The translations under genes were made by a program, and so were the position numbers. A DNA stretch of 63,862 nt, the filler included, from Intoshia linei (Eukaryota > Animalia > Orthonectida): the NCBI GenBank assembly GCA_001642005.1. It is 10 parts of 10 records of this genome, joined end to end, with 100 filler letters (N's around TTAATTAATTAA, not from the genome) between each part and the next. Parts side by side here need not be neighbours in the genome. Positions count along the whole stretch, not along the records: positions 15,185 to 29,423 come from LWCA01000971.1; positions 29,524 to 32,058 come from LWCA01002285.1; positions 32,159 to 34,276 come from LWCA01002427.1; positions 34,377 to 41,067 come from LWCA01001648.1; 6 more parts are not named here. One strand, given 5' to 3'. Positions 24,213 to 38,436 of this stretch are shown piece after piece. The notes under the pieces are model-generated. The model was not told the origin of the DNA. It ran no database searches and saw only the letters and a list, made by a program, of their open reading frames with translations. Each line of letters opens with the position of its first letter. The stretch's first letter is position 1.

Positions 24213-27200
24213 TCATTTAATATTTTTATTTATAACAATTTTCGTGTTTTTTAATTTTCTAGATGGTAGACAAGATATTTTGTTTACGAAACTAGAATTA
24301 TCACTGGAAATGTCTTCTTTATTACGAAAATATTGATAATCAACATGAGTATTGATGGTCTCTGACCAATTTAATTCATTATTGCAGACGAGCATTGCAG
24401 CCAGTCTATTTTCAAAGGCAATGACGATTCCATTACAATTTTCAGAGTTACTGATGCGTTTAATATCTTTGACTTTACTTCTAAAAACCAACGATCCAAT
24501 ACACTTTAAATCATGAATCCGGTAAACAGAAAGTTTTTTAGTTGTAAAATTGTAATAACAAATATTTTTGCCTTGATTGACAAAAAGAGTTACATTTTTG
24601 TGAAACCCTGCTAAACAAGGTTCAATAATGATTAGTGTTGAATTATTGTTCACCTCTAAAATTGGTGTTTGTATAGATTCTTTTCCTAATAATGAATCCA
24701 TACTTTTGGTACTCATCTTTTTCGTTTTTTTGTGTTTTTTTTGTAATTGTACCAACTTTAATCCACCCGAGATTGGAGCAATAACAAAATATTTTCCATT
24801 GGGACTACAGTTTCCATTCCAATTTTCAATCTTATCAGCAATTAATATTCCTTTAACAACATCCCAAATTTGACTATATCTTGTGTCAATAGCATTGGTT
24901 TCATCAATGACACCTACTTGTAATTTTCTCGATTCTATTGATACAAGTCTGTATCTGGAAAAGTTTGGTAATTTTATAGTTTTCAAATGACTGGCTGTTG
25001 AAGCGTGATAGAGATGCATCGCTTCTGTGTCATCTTGAAAGACGGATAAAATTATGTACATGCTGTTGTTTATCAATAATGCGTTCTTAAATCGTTTTAC
25101 ATAGAAATCTACTGAATAAACAATATTTGTAACGATTTTACAATTGGTTTCTGTTCCATCATAATATTTTTTGGATAGTTTATCTGCAGCACCACCTACG
25201 CTATATTTCAATCCGCTTTTATTTATTGATTTTGCCATTTTATTTGGGTTGTAATATGATTCTCTTTCAATACAATAACAAGTAAATGACATTTCTTTAA
25301 TTTGTAAGGAATCTTGAGAGATGTCGCTCATGTAGGTAGTTGTTCTAGATACGATATTTTTATCATGTAAACGTAATGTCGTATTTTTGCCGTGAAAGAC
25401 TATGCAAGCCAATAACTTGGTGGATTCCATCATAATGGCTTGCTCAACCTGATAAATTTCAGTTTTATTTAAACATTTACCTGAAATCGTATTCCATAAA
25501 CTAATTGCATTTTTTTCTGCACTCAATATAATTTTACTATTAAACGATACGCTAATATTTCTAATTGTAACAAAATTTGTTTCGTCTAATCTGGAAACGG
25601 TAGGAATAAATTTTCTTATAATGTCACCATTGCGTAAATCCCACATGGCTATAGTGCGTTTAGTATGTGTAAAAGCAAATATTTCAGAGTTTTTATTTTC
25701 AGTATTGTAGAATTCCATATTTTTACAATCTATTAAATTGCGAGGTACATATATCGACTGAATAACATCACTCATTTGTGATACTTCGGGTATTCTATCA
25801 AAAATACTGTCCAAATTCCATACTTTAACAGAATTGTCGTAAGAGACTGTTACAAATTTATCCATTGACATTAAATCCGAAGTAAAATGGGCCATAATAA
25901 GTTTAGTAATCCAACCATGATGGTAATTTAAAATTAAACAAGGTTCCCGAGATTTCATTTTTTCAGAACTCTTTGTATGATTAGAAAATCTAGAAGAAAT
26001 GGATTGTTCGTAGTGAGATTTATAACCGTCCACGGACTTTTCCGTTATTTTTTTAGATTTAGACAAAACAACTTTGACAAACTTGTAAATTTTCCATACA
26101 TAGACAATATTTTTATAATTGGCTATAAAATAATGATAAGTCAAGTTGAAACCAATGTTTTTAATGAGTTTACGGTTTTTTATATTACGTATATTTGTCG
26201 GTAACTTGCAACACAATAATAATGTAATGAGAATTTCGTTATGAATACTTTCCGCGTTAAAAACGGAAAAAATATAAAAACAGCACTCCATTGAACATAC
26301 AAGTAAATTTTTTTCTTGCGACAATTTCATAGCTAAAATTGGTTCATCATTTTCATAAAGTTTGCGTCTTTTACCAAAACTATAATTTTTTGGTTTTATA
26401 AAGTAACTTGTAGTAAATATATCGTGATTACTATCTTTATAACAGCAAAATATTATCAAATGAAAAATATTGTTAGATGATGAAACTATTGATAAACAAT
26501 AATTATTTAAAATTATCAAAGAATTATTGTCATAATTTTCTGAACTTTCTGATTTGCAATCTTCAGATTTGATGGAAAAAAAATTACTCGATTGACTACT
26601 ACGTCCATTTTCATTTATTATGCTATACAGACTTATAAAATGCACTTGATGCGCATATGAGTTTATACAATGAGCTGCCATCTTTTCGTAATTATCTTGG
26701 AAATCGATATAATCTAAACAAGCTATACTTGAATATATTAACCCATCTTTGGAATGCAAAATTATTTCTAAAATTGCAGCATGCTTGCTAGTATCAATGT
26801 TGCCGTTTAGCACTATTTTAAAATCGTTTTTAATTTCGTATATAGTCCATTGAGTGTAAGACCATACTACTATCACGTCATTATTCATTACCGAACCTTT
26901 TATAGATTCATTCGCTATTTCATAGGCCAAATACTCGTTTCGATATGTTTTTAAATTCGTCACTATTAAATGATTAAAATTTGAATAAGAAAATAGATAA
27001 TTTTCGTTTGGTTGGCATATTACATTCTCTACTATACTTGGTTTTATGTTGAATGGAACTTCTCGCAATACTTCTCCAGTCAGTAAATCATAAACGTACA
27101 TTATGTCTGATACTAAAATAAACAATATATTTTTGTAAAATTTACGATTATTTGAATTTTTGCAAAGATTATATGAGTTGTGCAAAACTGCAGGTTATAA

Positions 27201-29024
27201 CTGCATAATTAAAAAATTTTCAACTCAATTGAAACAATTCATCAAATGTTAACTGTACCAAAAATCGCGCCAATAAATATCTTACATATTCCGATAGTAA
27301 TTATTGAAATTGATTAAATATTACCTGTGTAAAAAATATTGATATGGTCGAATAAAAATAATACCAAAACCTTAATATTGTGATAGTAGTTACGGTGATG
27401 GATTAAATATTACTTGTGTCAAAAATATTAATTTAATGCCAATCAAAATAATACCAAAAAATTCTTACAAATTGCGATATTAATTATGGAAATTGATTAA
27501 ATATTACCTGTGTAAAAAATATTAATATGGCGCGAATCACAATAATACCAAAACCTTAATAATTGTGATAGTAGTTACGGCAATGGATTAAATATTACAT
27601 GTGTCAAAAATATGAATATGGCGCGAATAATAATAATACAAAAATGTGATTATATGTACTAATATTTAGATAATACTTTAGTGTAGTTTCACGGCGTGAA
27701 TTGAGGAATATTTTTATTTTAAAACAAACCTGTAATCAAATGAGAAAATTGATAATCATGTTGTGTATTGTTAATGACATAAATACCACTTGGACAAAAT
27801 TTGTGCTGATCAAAAGAATATTGTATTGGTCCTCCAGGGCTATTCAAATATTGATAAATTGGTACTAAAGCATTAATGGAGACACCAATAACTGAATCAC
27901 ATTGTTCAATGAGATATCTCATATTATCATCATCAAAATAATAAGGTAACAGTCTACCGGTCAAATGTGGAACAATATCAAAGGAATTGACTGAAAGAGC
28001 ATAAGAAGAAAGCTGTAAAGCATTTTTTAAACAAATGATGGATTTTATATTTACAACCTTTTCCGGGTTTTTGTCTATACTTTCTCTCATTATAATTTCA
28101 TTTAAATCTAATATGAGCGAACCAAGAGAAACTGCAATAAGTTTAGAAAATAAAAATGGTAAATTAAATATAACCAATTCATCTAAATTTGAATAATTTT
28201 TGCTGCCTAAAAGGTGCATTGATAATTCAGATAATTTCCTCAGATTAAATCTAGGTTTATTTTTAGAATTTTCTTTGAAATTGGGTTTAGCTTCTTTAAT
28301 ATCAGTCGCAGATTCTGAAAAAATATTTGATTTGAAACTTTTAATATAGCAATTTGGTTGATCTGGTACAGTTCGGTACGCTTTATAGTCTTTATCTACT
28401 AGTTCGAATCTTTGAATTTGTTCGGGTGTGTACCTGAAAGGTTTTTCTAATCCAGCCCAAACGCCAGTAAAATAATCTGCCATGTTTTTGTGAAACCCTT
28501 CTCTACGAGTGATATTTTTTGCAAAGGTGCTCAATATTGTCGAACGAAATTGCATATGTGTCCAATTTATTACTTTTACATTGTCAGCTTCTCGTTCAGT
28601 TATATATTCTTTTAAATCATAAAAAATGCGTTTCGAAAGCACACCTGGAATTCTTCTTACGGGTGGTATGTGGAACTGGTAGACATTATTCAGTAACTGA
28701 TCATCTAACGACATTATATCTTCCAATTCAGTTTCACTTAGTCCATGTCTAGATAAAGTAATATAGGATAACGCCGCGATAACTAAATATTCTCCATGTT
28801 TTTCTTGGAGTTCTTCAAATAATTGCTTTATTATTGTAGATATTTTTGGATTTTGAATTAAACGTTTCAAATTTTCTGAATCTATTACATCGTAGGACTG
28901 AAATTTTCGAATCTTTTCATAAAAGCATTTCAAAAATAAAGCACTCTTTGGTACTTGTAATATTTTTTCACAATATTTCCATTGCTCCGCACTTATTGTA
29001 CGTCCGTTAGATGTTAACCAGAAC
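24213..29024 (-). CDS. NACHT and WD40 repeat protein (NWD1/NWD2-like), 3' portion; exons 29024-27730 and 27112-24213
   Basis: WL...RT....QW, FEELQEKHGEYLV..ALSYITLSRHGLSETELEDIMSLDD, PPVRRIP, W.H.QF, RFNLRKLSEL, SPGGP, then WD repeats (FVTVSYDNSVKVWNL). Walker A exons not seen; possibly in upstream gaps. Confidence 0.88.
27263..27650. repeat. Intronic minisatellite, ~91-bp unit, ~4.5 copies, alternating A/B variants
   Basis: GATTAAATATTACxTGTGT.AAAAATAT recurs about every 91 bp; copies 1/3 and 2/4 are most alike. Confidence 0.85.
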
Positions 29025-29159
29025 CTACAAGTATATTATACTATATAATGTACATTATACTATGTACAACACTGTCCAACAAAATTTCGACCGACCCAAC
29101 TCACCGACACTTTTGTTATATCTAAGTGAACCAGTATACATCTATTTTTAAAAAAAATT

Positions 29160-30141
29160 TATCACATCTTACGGGTCAAAAACGCCAGTTTTCCCTCTTT
29201 TTGAAAATCAAACTAGTTGGAGAATTTAAAAAAATATTTAAGCTGATATGGATTTTAAAATCATATACATTACCATAAATTTAAATTTAAAAAAATTATA
29301 TCTTCATGGCCAAAACCCCAAATTCCCTTCCTTTTTTTTTGAAAACAGCCCTAGAATTTTAAAAAATTTCAATCCGAATAAATGACGACTTCACGGTCAA
29401 AAAAGCATTTTAGTATTCATATANNNNNNNNNNNNNNNNNNNNNNNNNNNNNNNNNNNNNNNNNNNNTTAATTAATTAANNNNNNNNNNNNNNNNNNNNN
29501 NNNNNNNNNNNNNNNNNNNNNNNTTTTTTTTTTAATTAAAAAATGAATACTAAAGTGCTTTTTTGATCATGAAGGCGTCACTTAATCACATTGAAATTTT
29601 TTATGTGTGCTAACTGGATATAACTGTATCATCGTAAATTTTTTATAATGACTCTAGGGCTGTTTTCATTTTCAAAAATAAGGGTAATCTGGGTTTTTGA
29701 TCGTGAAAATTACCTTTTGTGAGGTTACCATTTATGATCTTACTTATAAATTTAAAAACTATTTATGGTGTATAATATAAGACTTTATTAATTTTTACAA
29801 AAAAGGGTAATTTGTGGTTTTGGCCGTGAAGATATAAGTTATCATAATATTGATGAATTTAAAACTTTTCATTACAATGTGTAATTTTTATAATTGTAAG
29901 GCCTTTTTGAATTTAAAATCAAAGGAAAATTGAAGTTTTTAACATTGAAGGACTTAATTTCTGAAATTGAAAGTAGCGATAAAACATCAATCTGGAAAAA
30001 CGGTTATAAGAATATGGATTTTATAAAACTCGACCCATCACTTTCTTAAATAAACAGACATACATTTTTAACTATTTTACAATACATAAGTTATATAACT
30101 TATTATAATTATTAAGTAGATGTACTTATAATAAGTAAGGA
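29160..30141. mobile_element. Two Helitron fragments in opposite orientation flanking an assembly gap
   Basis: 29160-29423 (+) and ~29535-30141 (-, ending TAAGTAAGGA) match the family. Confidence 0.7.
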
Positions 30142-31101
30142 TTTCGTCAAAACAAGAAAGATTGGTGTCGACTCACATCGAATCAAAATTTTTATTAATA
30201 TTGATAACAGTAAAATAATGATTGAGCCTGATTATAATTAAATATTAACAATTAATGTAATTTACTGTGTGTCGTCACGCACTAAAATATAACTTGCATA
30301 TTTTATTTATAATAAATAAAATAATTATAGAACTGACATATATTCAATACAATTATGTGAATAATAATATACACGGAGCTAATCAATATAATCTATTGTA
30401 AAAATGTTTATACCATTCATATTATAAAAATATTAATATATATTAGTATATTCTAATTATCACTATTTATCGTTTATTCATACAAAAATTACTTAATTAA
30501 AATATTAAGTCTTGCAAATTACCAGATTCGAACCTACAGATTTCGATACCGATGCAAAAATAGTTTATGAAATATTTTTTATTTTCGGGTTAGCCAGCAT
30601 GGTAGATTCGATTCATAAAATTGGACATATATTTAATAATTTATTATAGATAGAATGAATTACATATTGGTTCTAAAATTAAAATTAATTTTGAAAATAA
30701 ATCAATTCATAATCTCAAATTAATTGGGTACAAGTCGAGCTTAGTCTCGAAAAAATATGGCTTTAATTTTTCTCAAGAATCTATTGATTGAAATTTGTGT
30801 TTTATAGTGAAAATGGTTGGAAACCACTGGTGTAATATATTAGTTGTCATAAAAAAATTAGAGAAATCGTTAGAATCTTCATAAACTGCTAAAAATTTTT
30901 CCAATTACCTAATATAATTTAGTAAAAAAATATATTTTTAACTATAGTAATTTTAGCAGAAAACATTTTGTGCTAAAAAATAAATAAAATTTTAATTTTT
31001 GTGGAATCTTGCAATTAGGTTAATAAACGTGGATTTTTTCCTTAATGGTTGGAATGATGGATATTGATAAAGTTAAAATTAAAGAAATTTTACATAATGA
31101 T

Positions 31102-32058
31102 TGTAATATCTGAAAGATTATGTTATAAAATCCTTTATTTTACAGAAAATATATTTTTAAGATATTGAGTAATCTGAATCGATAATGTAAATAGAGAATA
31201 AGCATAGTGATAAAATTATAACGTTACACCTCCCTCCCAGTTTTGATGTGAGGTCATTAATCAAAATCAAGTTTGGAATAATAATAATTATCCTTCAGCC
31301 ATTTCGGCGTATGTATTTGTCTTTGAGGTCGTACATTTTGATTAGGAGTACGATGAATATCATTATTGTGATTCCCGTTCTCAGGTACATTAGGAGGATA
31401 TTCAGGAAATATATCAATTTGTTCATTCAATACCGTATTTAATGGTAAATATTGCTGTTGCAATTTATGAGTAATAGGTTCATTTTTAATATAATTTTCA
31501 GAATGTACAGTGAGTTTTTTTGGTACATGTTTATCGAAATTACGCTTTACCCGTTTCTGATAATTAATTTTATATTTATTAGCGTTATTTATTGTGCTCT
31601 GACAAGAAATATTATCTGTCAATTTAGAACGAGGAATGAAAGGCATTGAAAAGCTGCGACCAAATATTAATTGAGATAATGAATATTTATTTTTTATGTA
31701 GGCATATTTCTAATGTCAATGGGAATTTTCACGATTTGTTGGTACCAATTATCATTGTTTTTGTTAACCAAACATCTTATCTTTAATAGTACGATTCATA
31801 CGTTCGACTAAACCTACTCCTTCATAGTCATATGAAGCCGTAAACGTTTTATGTATTCCTAAGTCAGAACATAAACTTTTTACAATATTTGAATCAAATT
31901 GTGTGCCTTAATCAGAATGAATTTGATTTGGCACTCCATAACGAGCCACTATATTTGTTAGAATATGATGAGTGACACATTCTACGGTCATATTTTCAAT
32001 TGGAAATATTTCAGGTCAACCAGTATAATGATCAACCGTGACTAACAAATAACGATTT
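31102..32058 (-). mobile_element. Ty3/Gypsy LTR retrotransposon 3' end: decayed integrase, PPT and 127-bp LTR
   Basis: YLLVTVDHYTG*PE...RYGVPNQIHSD*GTQF...GLVERMNRTIK (rve). C-terminal RPQRQIHTPKWLKDNYY. PPT GGGAGGGAGG (31238-31229) abuts TGTAAC...ATTACA (31228-31102), which contains AATAAA. Confidence 0.9.
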
Positions 32059-32158
32059 NNNNNNNNNNNNNNNNNNNNNNNNNNNNNNNNNNNNNNNNNN
32101 NNTTAATTAATTAANNNNNNNNNNNNNNNNNNNNNNNNNNNNNNNNNNNNNNNNNNNN

Positions 32159-32430
32159 TAATATTAATCTCAAATTACAGAGAAAAATCTTAACCCTGGT
32201 TGATTGCAAACGAATTATAAAAAGCTTTATTAATAAAATTAATATCTCTTGAAATCGTTTGCTTCAACATACATGGTAGAATCTGCGTTTAGTTCAGTTT
32301 TAAATATACTCACTAAGCAGAAAAACCGACTAAATATTGTCAATCGTGGAGACTTGCGATTAAATCTAATTAATTTTAAACCGGATATAAAAAAATTATT
32401 GCGAATCAGCAAGCCCAAGATTCTCATTAA
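32159..32430 (+). mobile_element. hAT (Buster/SCAND3-like) transposase C-terminal remnant
   Basis: FASTYMVESAFSSV...KQKNRLNIVNRGDLRL.L..FKPDIKKL matches the hAT dimerisation region. Confidence 0.85.
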
Positions 32431-35400
32431 AAAATATTTATTTTCACTTGTAAATAAACATATTTCGAATAATATGTTAGGTACTTTATCACAAAGTTAC
32501 CTTTTATATTTATTATCCATGGATACCATATAATTTTATATTTTAAAGCGTTAGCTTAGAAAAAATTGAGTACCTTTGTAAATTTTGTAAAAAATGAACA
32601 GCCTTAGTGCTATAATAGCTATAATGACTTATTATATACTCAAATTTTGTTTTATTGGCAATGAATGTTAAAAATGATTTAGATAGTGTCCATAAGTACT
32701 TGTTTTAACAAAAGTACTCATAAATACCAGATAATTTTAGTCAATATTTTACTTGTAATTTTTCACTTTCTTAATAAAGTGAAGTTTTAATAATTTTATA
32801 TTTTATACAAACATACTTTATATCGTTTAATTTGGATCACTTCAAATTTATTAATTAATAAAAATTATAATTGTAAAGAGAGTTTGTTGATTTTTACAAA
32901 CATTTGGAAAATCATAGGTAATTATGTAAACAAATAATTTACAATGATAAATACCAAAAAAATTAACATTTCATATTTTGAATTTCAAATTGTTAGAACT
33001 TTCAATTCAAATTTTATTGTTTTTTTTGTTTCTAAGACATTTCGAAAAGTATATGTATATAGTACTTATAAAATCTGGACACTAACTTAGATTTTTTTTA
33101 GCAACCGACTAAAAATTGATACGATATTGTATTCACAATATGCATGATTTGCAGTGTAAAATTTACATTTTGCACTAAGAATTGTATCTAATTTAGACAT
33201 GCACAATAAAAATGTAACAGTCAAAAAATGTCTAAAAACAGATTAAAAATACACTCAATTTATGGTTGCTCTAGTCCGAACAAGGTAGGTTCGACTCCCA
33301 TTATAAAATAAAAATATTATTAATGTTTTACGTGCTACTGTCAGATTCACAATTGCCAAAAATACAAATACAATACTAAATATATTCATTTTGATGTCAA
33401 ATATATTATTGCTAGAAAACAATGAAATTTGGTTTCAACTTAAAAAAATGTAATTAAATATTTGCACAATATAATATTGAACTAAGTAAATATATTTGTA
33501 TGAGGTTTTTACGGTAATTTGCTGTTATGTATTTCGTATAAAGTTTATACTTCTGTTAATACTATAAACAGTAGCTGGATATGATAAGGGTAGACTTTTT
33601 TACTTATAATGTATATTATATCTAACAAATTTTGCCAATATTCTTAACGAAAATATTAAACTTGTTCAAATCAGCTACATTTTAGTTTCAACTTTTGTCA
33701 AAACTTTTTTATATTTACACAACAGTTAAAGATAAATGAAGAAGTGTCTTATTTATCTTTTTTGGGGTTCTTCCTTTGTTTTTCAACACAATTTGTAAAA
33801 TACTTTACTAATATAACATTGAATGTCAGTGTGTGTTACTGTATATTTAAAAAATTAAAAGTTGTAGAATCAAAAAACATCAATCTCTAATACAGTTTTT
33901 CGAGAATGATGTTAATATTTAAGTTTCATTTTCCTAAATTTAGTTATTCAAAGCCAAAAACCCAATTAACCATTTTTTTTAAATCCACTTCAAAATATAA
34001 AAAAACATAAATTATGTACAATAAATCCATTTTAAACTAATAAATAAACTATTATTGTAAAAGTTTATCATTTTATTGATGACGTAATAAATGAATCATC
34101 TATTTTAGTAATTCTCAATTTTTTTCTTTCTGTGATTCTTTCTAAGATTTTATGTTGTTCGTTTCCCACTATTAAAAATACAAATTATTTTATGTTACCT
34201 TATAAATGAATACTTTTGTTTAGTTTTATAAAATTTTTGAATATATTTTATTGAATTTATTACATAATGTAAACTGNNNNNNNNNNNNNNNNNNNNNNNN
34301 NNNNNNNNNNNNNNNNNNNNTTAATTAATTAANNNNNNNNNNNNNNNNNNNNNNNNNNNNNNNNNNNNNNNNNNNNTAATTTTTTTTTAAAATACTCCTG
34401 AAAGTGTGCCAAATCAGAAAGTGTTAAAATTTTGTGTGAGTAATTTTTTTGAACTAAATGTTAGTTCAGACAGGCTGTGAGTTTTATAATTGATTTGATT
34501 TTCTGAGGATGGGTGGTTACCTATATTTTTTAATATACTTTTTCAAGTTAATGAATTTAAATAGAAAATGATGAACTTAATTCTTTTAAGATAAAATCAA
34601 TTTAAATCAAAATTTATATAAGATAAATTAAAAGGTTAAAAATTAAAAATGATATTATAGCCCAAAAAAATATATTTAAGTTTTTTTTTTATCTTTAAAA
34701 TAAGAGTAGTTATACTACGGATTAGAATTCTACAACACGTTCCGACGTGCTTTTCCAGGTCGTATAAATATATATAAAAACTTGAGATAAAATGTAATAA
34801 TTTTTAAAAAAATAATTATCCGAGCAGGTGTAATCGGGTTGATTATCTATTTATTACCATTCATATTACATTGTATAGACTTATTCCATTTTTACTACAA
34901 AATCTGTTATTTTAATTTCTAAGATGCATAATTTTTAACGAAAGTGTGTATTACACTTAGAAAATATTAATTTTATGCATACATTAATTTTATGTAATAA
35001 AATCTTCTAAATGTTCAATAAGAAAAATTATAATATTATACACTTTTTCTATCCAAAATCCAAGATACAAAATTTTCTATAAATATTTTATTCTAATTAT
35101 GTGACGCGCACTACATATACTACATTATAAAATATACATTTTATATTATGTAGGGATTGGTAAATATTTTAATTAACAATATGATATTTAATATATAGGT
35201 ACATATGTATATAGTAAATATGACAATACATAAATTTTAAAATACCTTGTTTACAAGGCATAAAACTGTTTTATAATTATCAATAATTAATTGGACATTG
35301 ACCGAACTATTCATCTCTGAAGATAAATTTACAAGACTCAATAAATAAACAAATAATTTATTATTTACTTTATTATGAATGTTTGTAGTGATACTAAGTG

Positions 35401-35505
35401 ATCACACCTTCATTATCTTTCAATGATGATTTATACCAGGGCTGACCAACTTGATTTTTTACAGATCAAATCGATTTTTTTGAAAATACTCGGGATCGAC
35501 TATAT

Positions 35506-35948
35506 CAGAGGTGGGGATGCATTTATTGTTCGAAGGCTGCACTAACGTCCTTAAAAAATTTATTAAGGCGGCACCTTTGTAAATAAAACTTGATCAGATA
35601 CAGCAGTGCTTATCATGGGGTGACTGGTCAATGGCCAGTGATCACCCAAGGGATGAATAAATTTATTAAGGACTGAATACAAAAATTTTAAATTAATGAG
35701 CGAGAATGATACATTTTTAGCATATTTTATTCAATTTAGTAAAATATTATGAGAAAAAACCTAAATTTTGCAAACTCTTAAGGAAAAAATCCCTCCATCT
35801 GATCCTAAAAGAAAAAACTTAATTTTACAAACCCTTAAGGAAAAAACCCCTTTTACCAATATATAAAATAATTTTAAATGAAAAATAATTCAAATTGTTC
35901 AGAAGGGCACACCAAATCGTCAATAAAGCCGCACTTTCCCCACCTCTG
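35506..35948 (+). mobile_element. hAT MITE carrying internal ~29-bp repeats
   Basis: TIRs CAGAGGTGGGGA / TCCCCACCTCTG; TSD GACTATAT / AACTATAC; appears nested in another CAGGG-starting element at ~35438. Confidence 0.88.
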
Positions 35949-37109
35949 AACTATACTAAAGTTTTAGTTATAGTAGTATTATAATTATACCAGTGATTCC
36001 TAAGTTAGGAATCCTAACCCTTTTTACAGCGTCATAAAAATATTCCACCGCTCTTAAATTTTTTTTGTTATCCACTTATTACCTTATATTATAATGTGTA
36101 TTATTGTATGCACTGTTATATATACTTGTACGCGTTATTTAAATGTCAATAAAAGAGGTCTCAAATACATGTAAAATTCGGTAGAACTTTCGGTTCAGCT
36201 AAAAAAATTCAATAAATAAATTAAGATGGGTGTACTCATTGGAATTTATCTGTAATCCTAATAACCTTCCATTTCATCAAATAAGTGGTCAAATTTCAAA
36301 AGTCATTTTTTGTAAATTCGCACATAGAAACAAAACAATATGTGAATGTTAGCAGAAATAGAATAGTAGAAACATTTATTTTTTATCTATTCAAAAAGTC
36401 TCTTTTTTAATTTATAAGGTCGATAAAAAATTCCCTAGTTACAACAATGTACATTATATAAAGGTTATATTGTATTTAAGAATATAATAAAAAAGAGTAC
36501 ATGGTCAATTGCTTTTTGACCGTGGAGGTGTAACTCGGTAATGTTGAAAATATTTTAAATTCTAAGAATTATTTTTTTTCATTTTTGAAAATAATGCTTA
36601 CTTTTGCCTTTTGGGTATGAATATATCTATTTTTGAATTGTAAATTTTAATTTCTGTCGTGGAAAAAAGCGATTTAGTATTTTTGTTTTTGAAATTTCTG
36701 GGATTGTCCGTTTTCTTAATAAATGGTTACATTCAGAGAAAATCAAATAGTTTCAACTTTTAAAATATTTATAGGTAAGGGTTACTCATCTTTCCATTTT
36801 TCTATTTATTCATGATGAGACCAAACCGTAGAGAAAAAACAAAGAGAATAACCAGACATGAAAATGGTAGATCCTTACACATTTAAAAATTTTTTTAAAT
36901 ATTTTAATCTAGCGGTTTCAATACTTTTTTCAGCATTACTCTACTGGAGTAAAATTTTATTATACATTTAATAAAAACTTTTAAATAAACTAAGTATCCG
37001 TATGATGTCAGTTGAGGTGTTAACATGGGTAGTGTTCAGAGAGCACATAATTTTGAAAACAAATTACAATTATAATAGTTATTCAAATTATAAGTTAATA
37101 TCATAAATA

Positions 37110-38245
37110 TATCGTCATATCACATTACTTTTGATTTTAAAGTGAATTATTCCATCTTCATTTTTTTTGTTAAAATTTCCGATGATAATTTTAAAAATAA
37201 TTGTTATCCCATTTTTTTAATTTATTAGACAGAATGTGTGTGTTAAATACCAATTTAATAAATACTTAAAAATACCAATTAAAGAATCAGCACTTTATAA
37301 ACATATTTCAGGTGAATTTTACCAGTATTGCAAAGGATGGTAATAAATATAAAAATGATAATAACAAAGTTGTATTACTTATAGTAATTTTTTGTTGTAG
37401 TTTTAATTTAAATTTTAAACAAAATGTTTTGAAAATGAGAATTTCAGATTGAAAAATTGCGTAGCAATGAAAAAAATTCCAAAAGAATGAATTATATAGA
37501 TTTTCACCCATATTGCTTTATTGGAAATGTGTAGACGTTCAATGATAATTTTTTTTAAATTGTAGGATCAATATTTAATTTTTCAATTTTTATTTTAATC
37601 GAAACATTTGAAAAATATTGGTTGATAATATATTAAAAATTATTTTTCACCGGGAATGCGTAGATTTCTGGTGTTGAAATTTTGTATTTATATCAACTGG
37701 AATAAGTTCTATCAGAATAATCGTTTTTTTTAATTTTCTAACCGTTTATTATTTCAAATTTTTTGTCTTAATAAAATATTTCGAAAAAAAATCTATTAAT
37801 ACTAAAATTCTTTTTTGACTGTGAAGGCGTCAAATATTCAGATTGAAATTTTTTGTGTGTGTTAACAGCATACAACTGTACCATCTGTAAATTTTTTGAA
37901 ATTATAGAGCTGTTTTCATTAAAAAAGAAGGGTAATTTGTGGTTTTGGCCGTAAAGATATAATTTTTTTAAATTTAAATTTATGATAATGTTTATGATTT
38001 TAAAATCCGTATCAGCTTATATATTTTTTTAAATTCTCCAACTCGTTTGATGTTCAAAAAGAGTAACAATTGGGGTTTTTGACCCGCAAGATGTGAGTTT
38101 GGAACGTTGAAATTTATCTTATTATACGTCCCGGAACAAACTGTAATAGAAATGTGAACTTTATAAAATTCTAAGACTGGTAGTTATTGAAATAAACAGT
38201 AACACAAACACAAAAAATATTGCATTGCATATTATATAAGTAAGA
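37110..38245 (-). mobile_element. Longest non-autonomous Helitron copy (~1.1 kb)
   Basis: 5' end TCTTACTTATATAAT on minus; collinear with all shorter copies; reaches the GAATAATTCACTTTAAA segment near the family 3' end. Confidence 0.85.
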
Positions 38246-38436
38246 ATTAATTTAAATATTACTTACATTACTTTTTCTATTTATATATTTAAAATTTTAA
38301 AAAATGAAAATATAAAGCACTTTTAAACCCTATGATTTCTCACCAGGCATGGTTGTTTTAATATAAACATTAATAAACAACCTGTTATACATAATTATTA
38401 AATATTTATTGTTTACTAATTAATTAATTTATACAT

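Noticed and set aside
33262-33302. GGTTCGACTCCC B-box-like motif (similar near 30522-30535 on minus)
   Set aside because: No cloverleaf or A-box can be built; not supportable as a tRNA.
34060-34276. Possible exons belonging to the NWD 5' end
   Set aside because: Frames end in stops and show no NACHT motifs.
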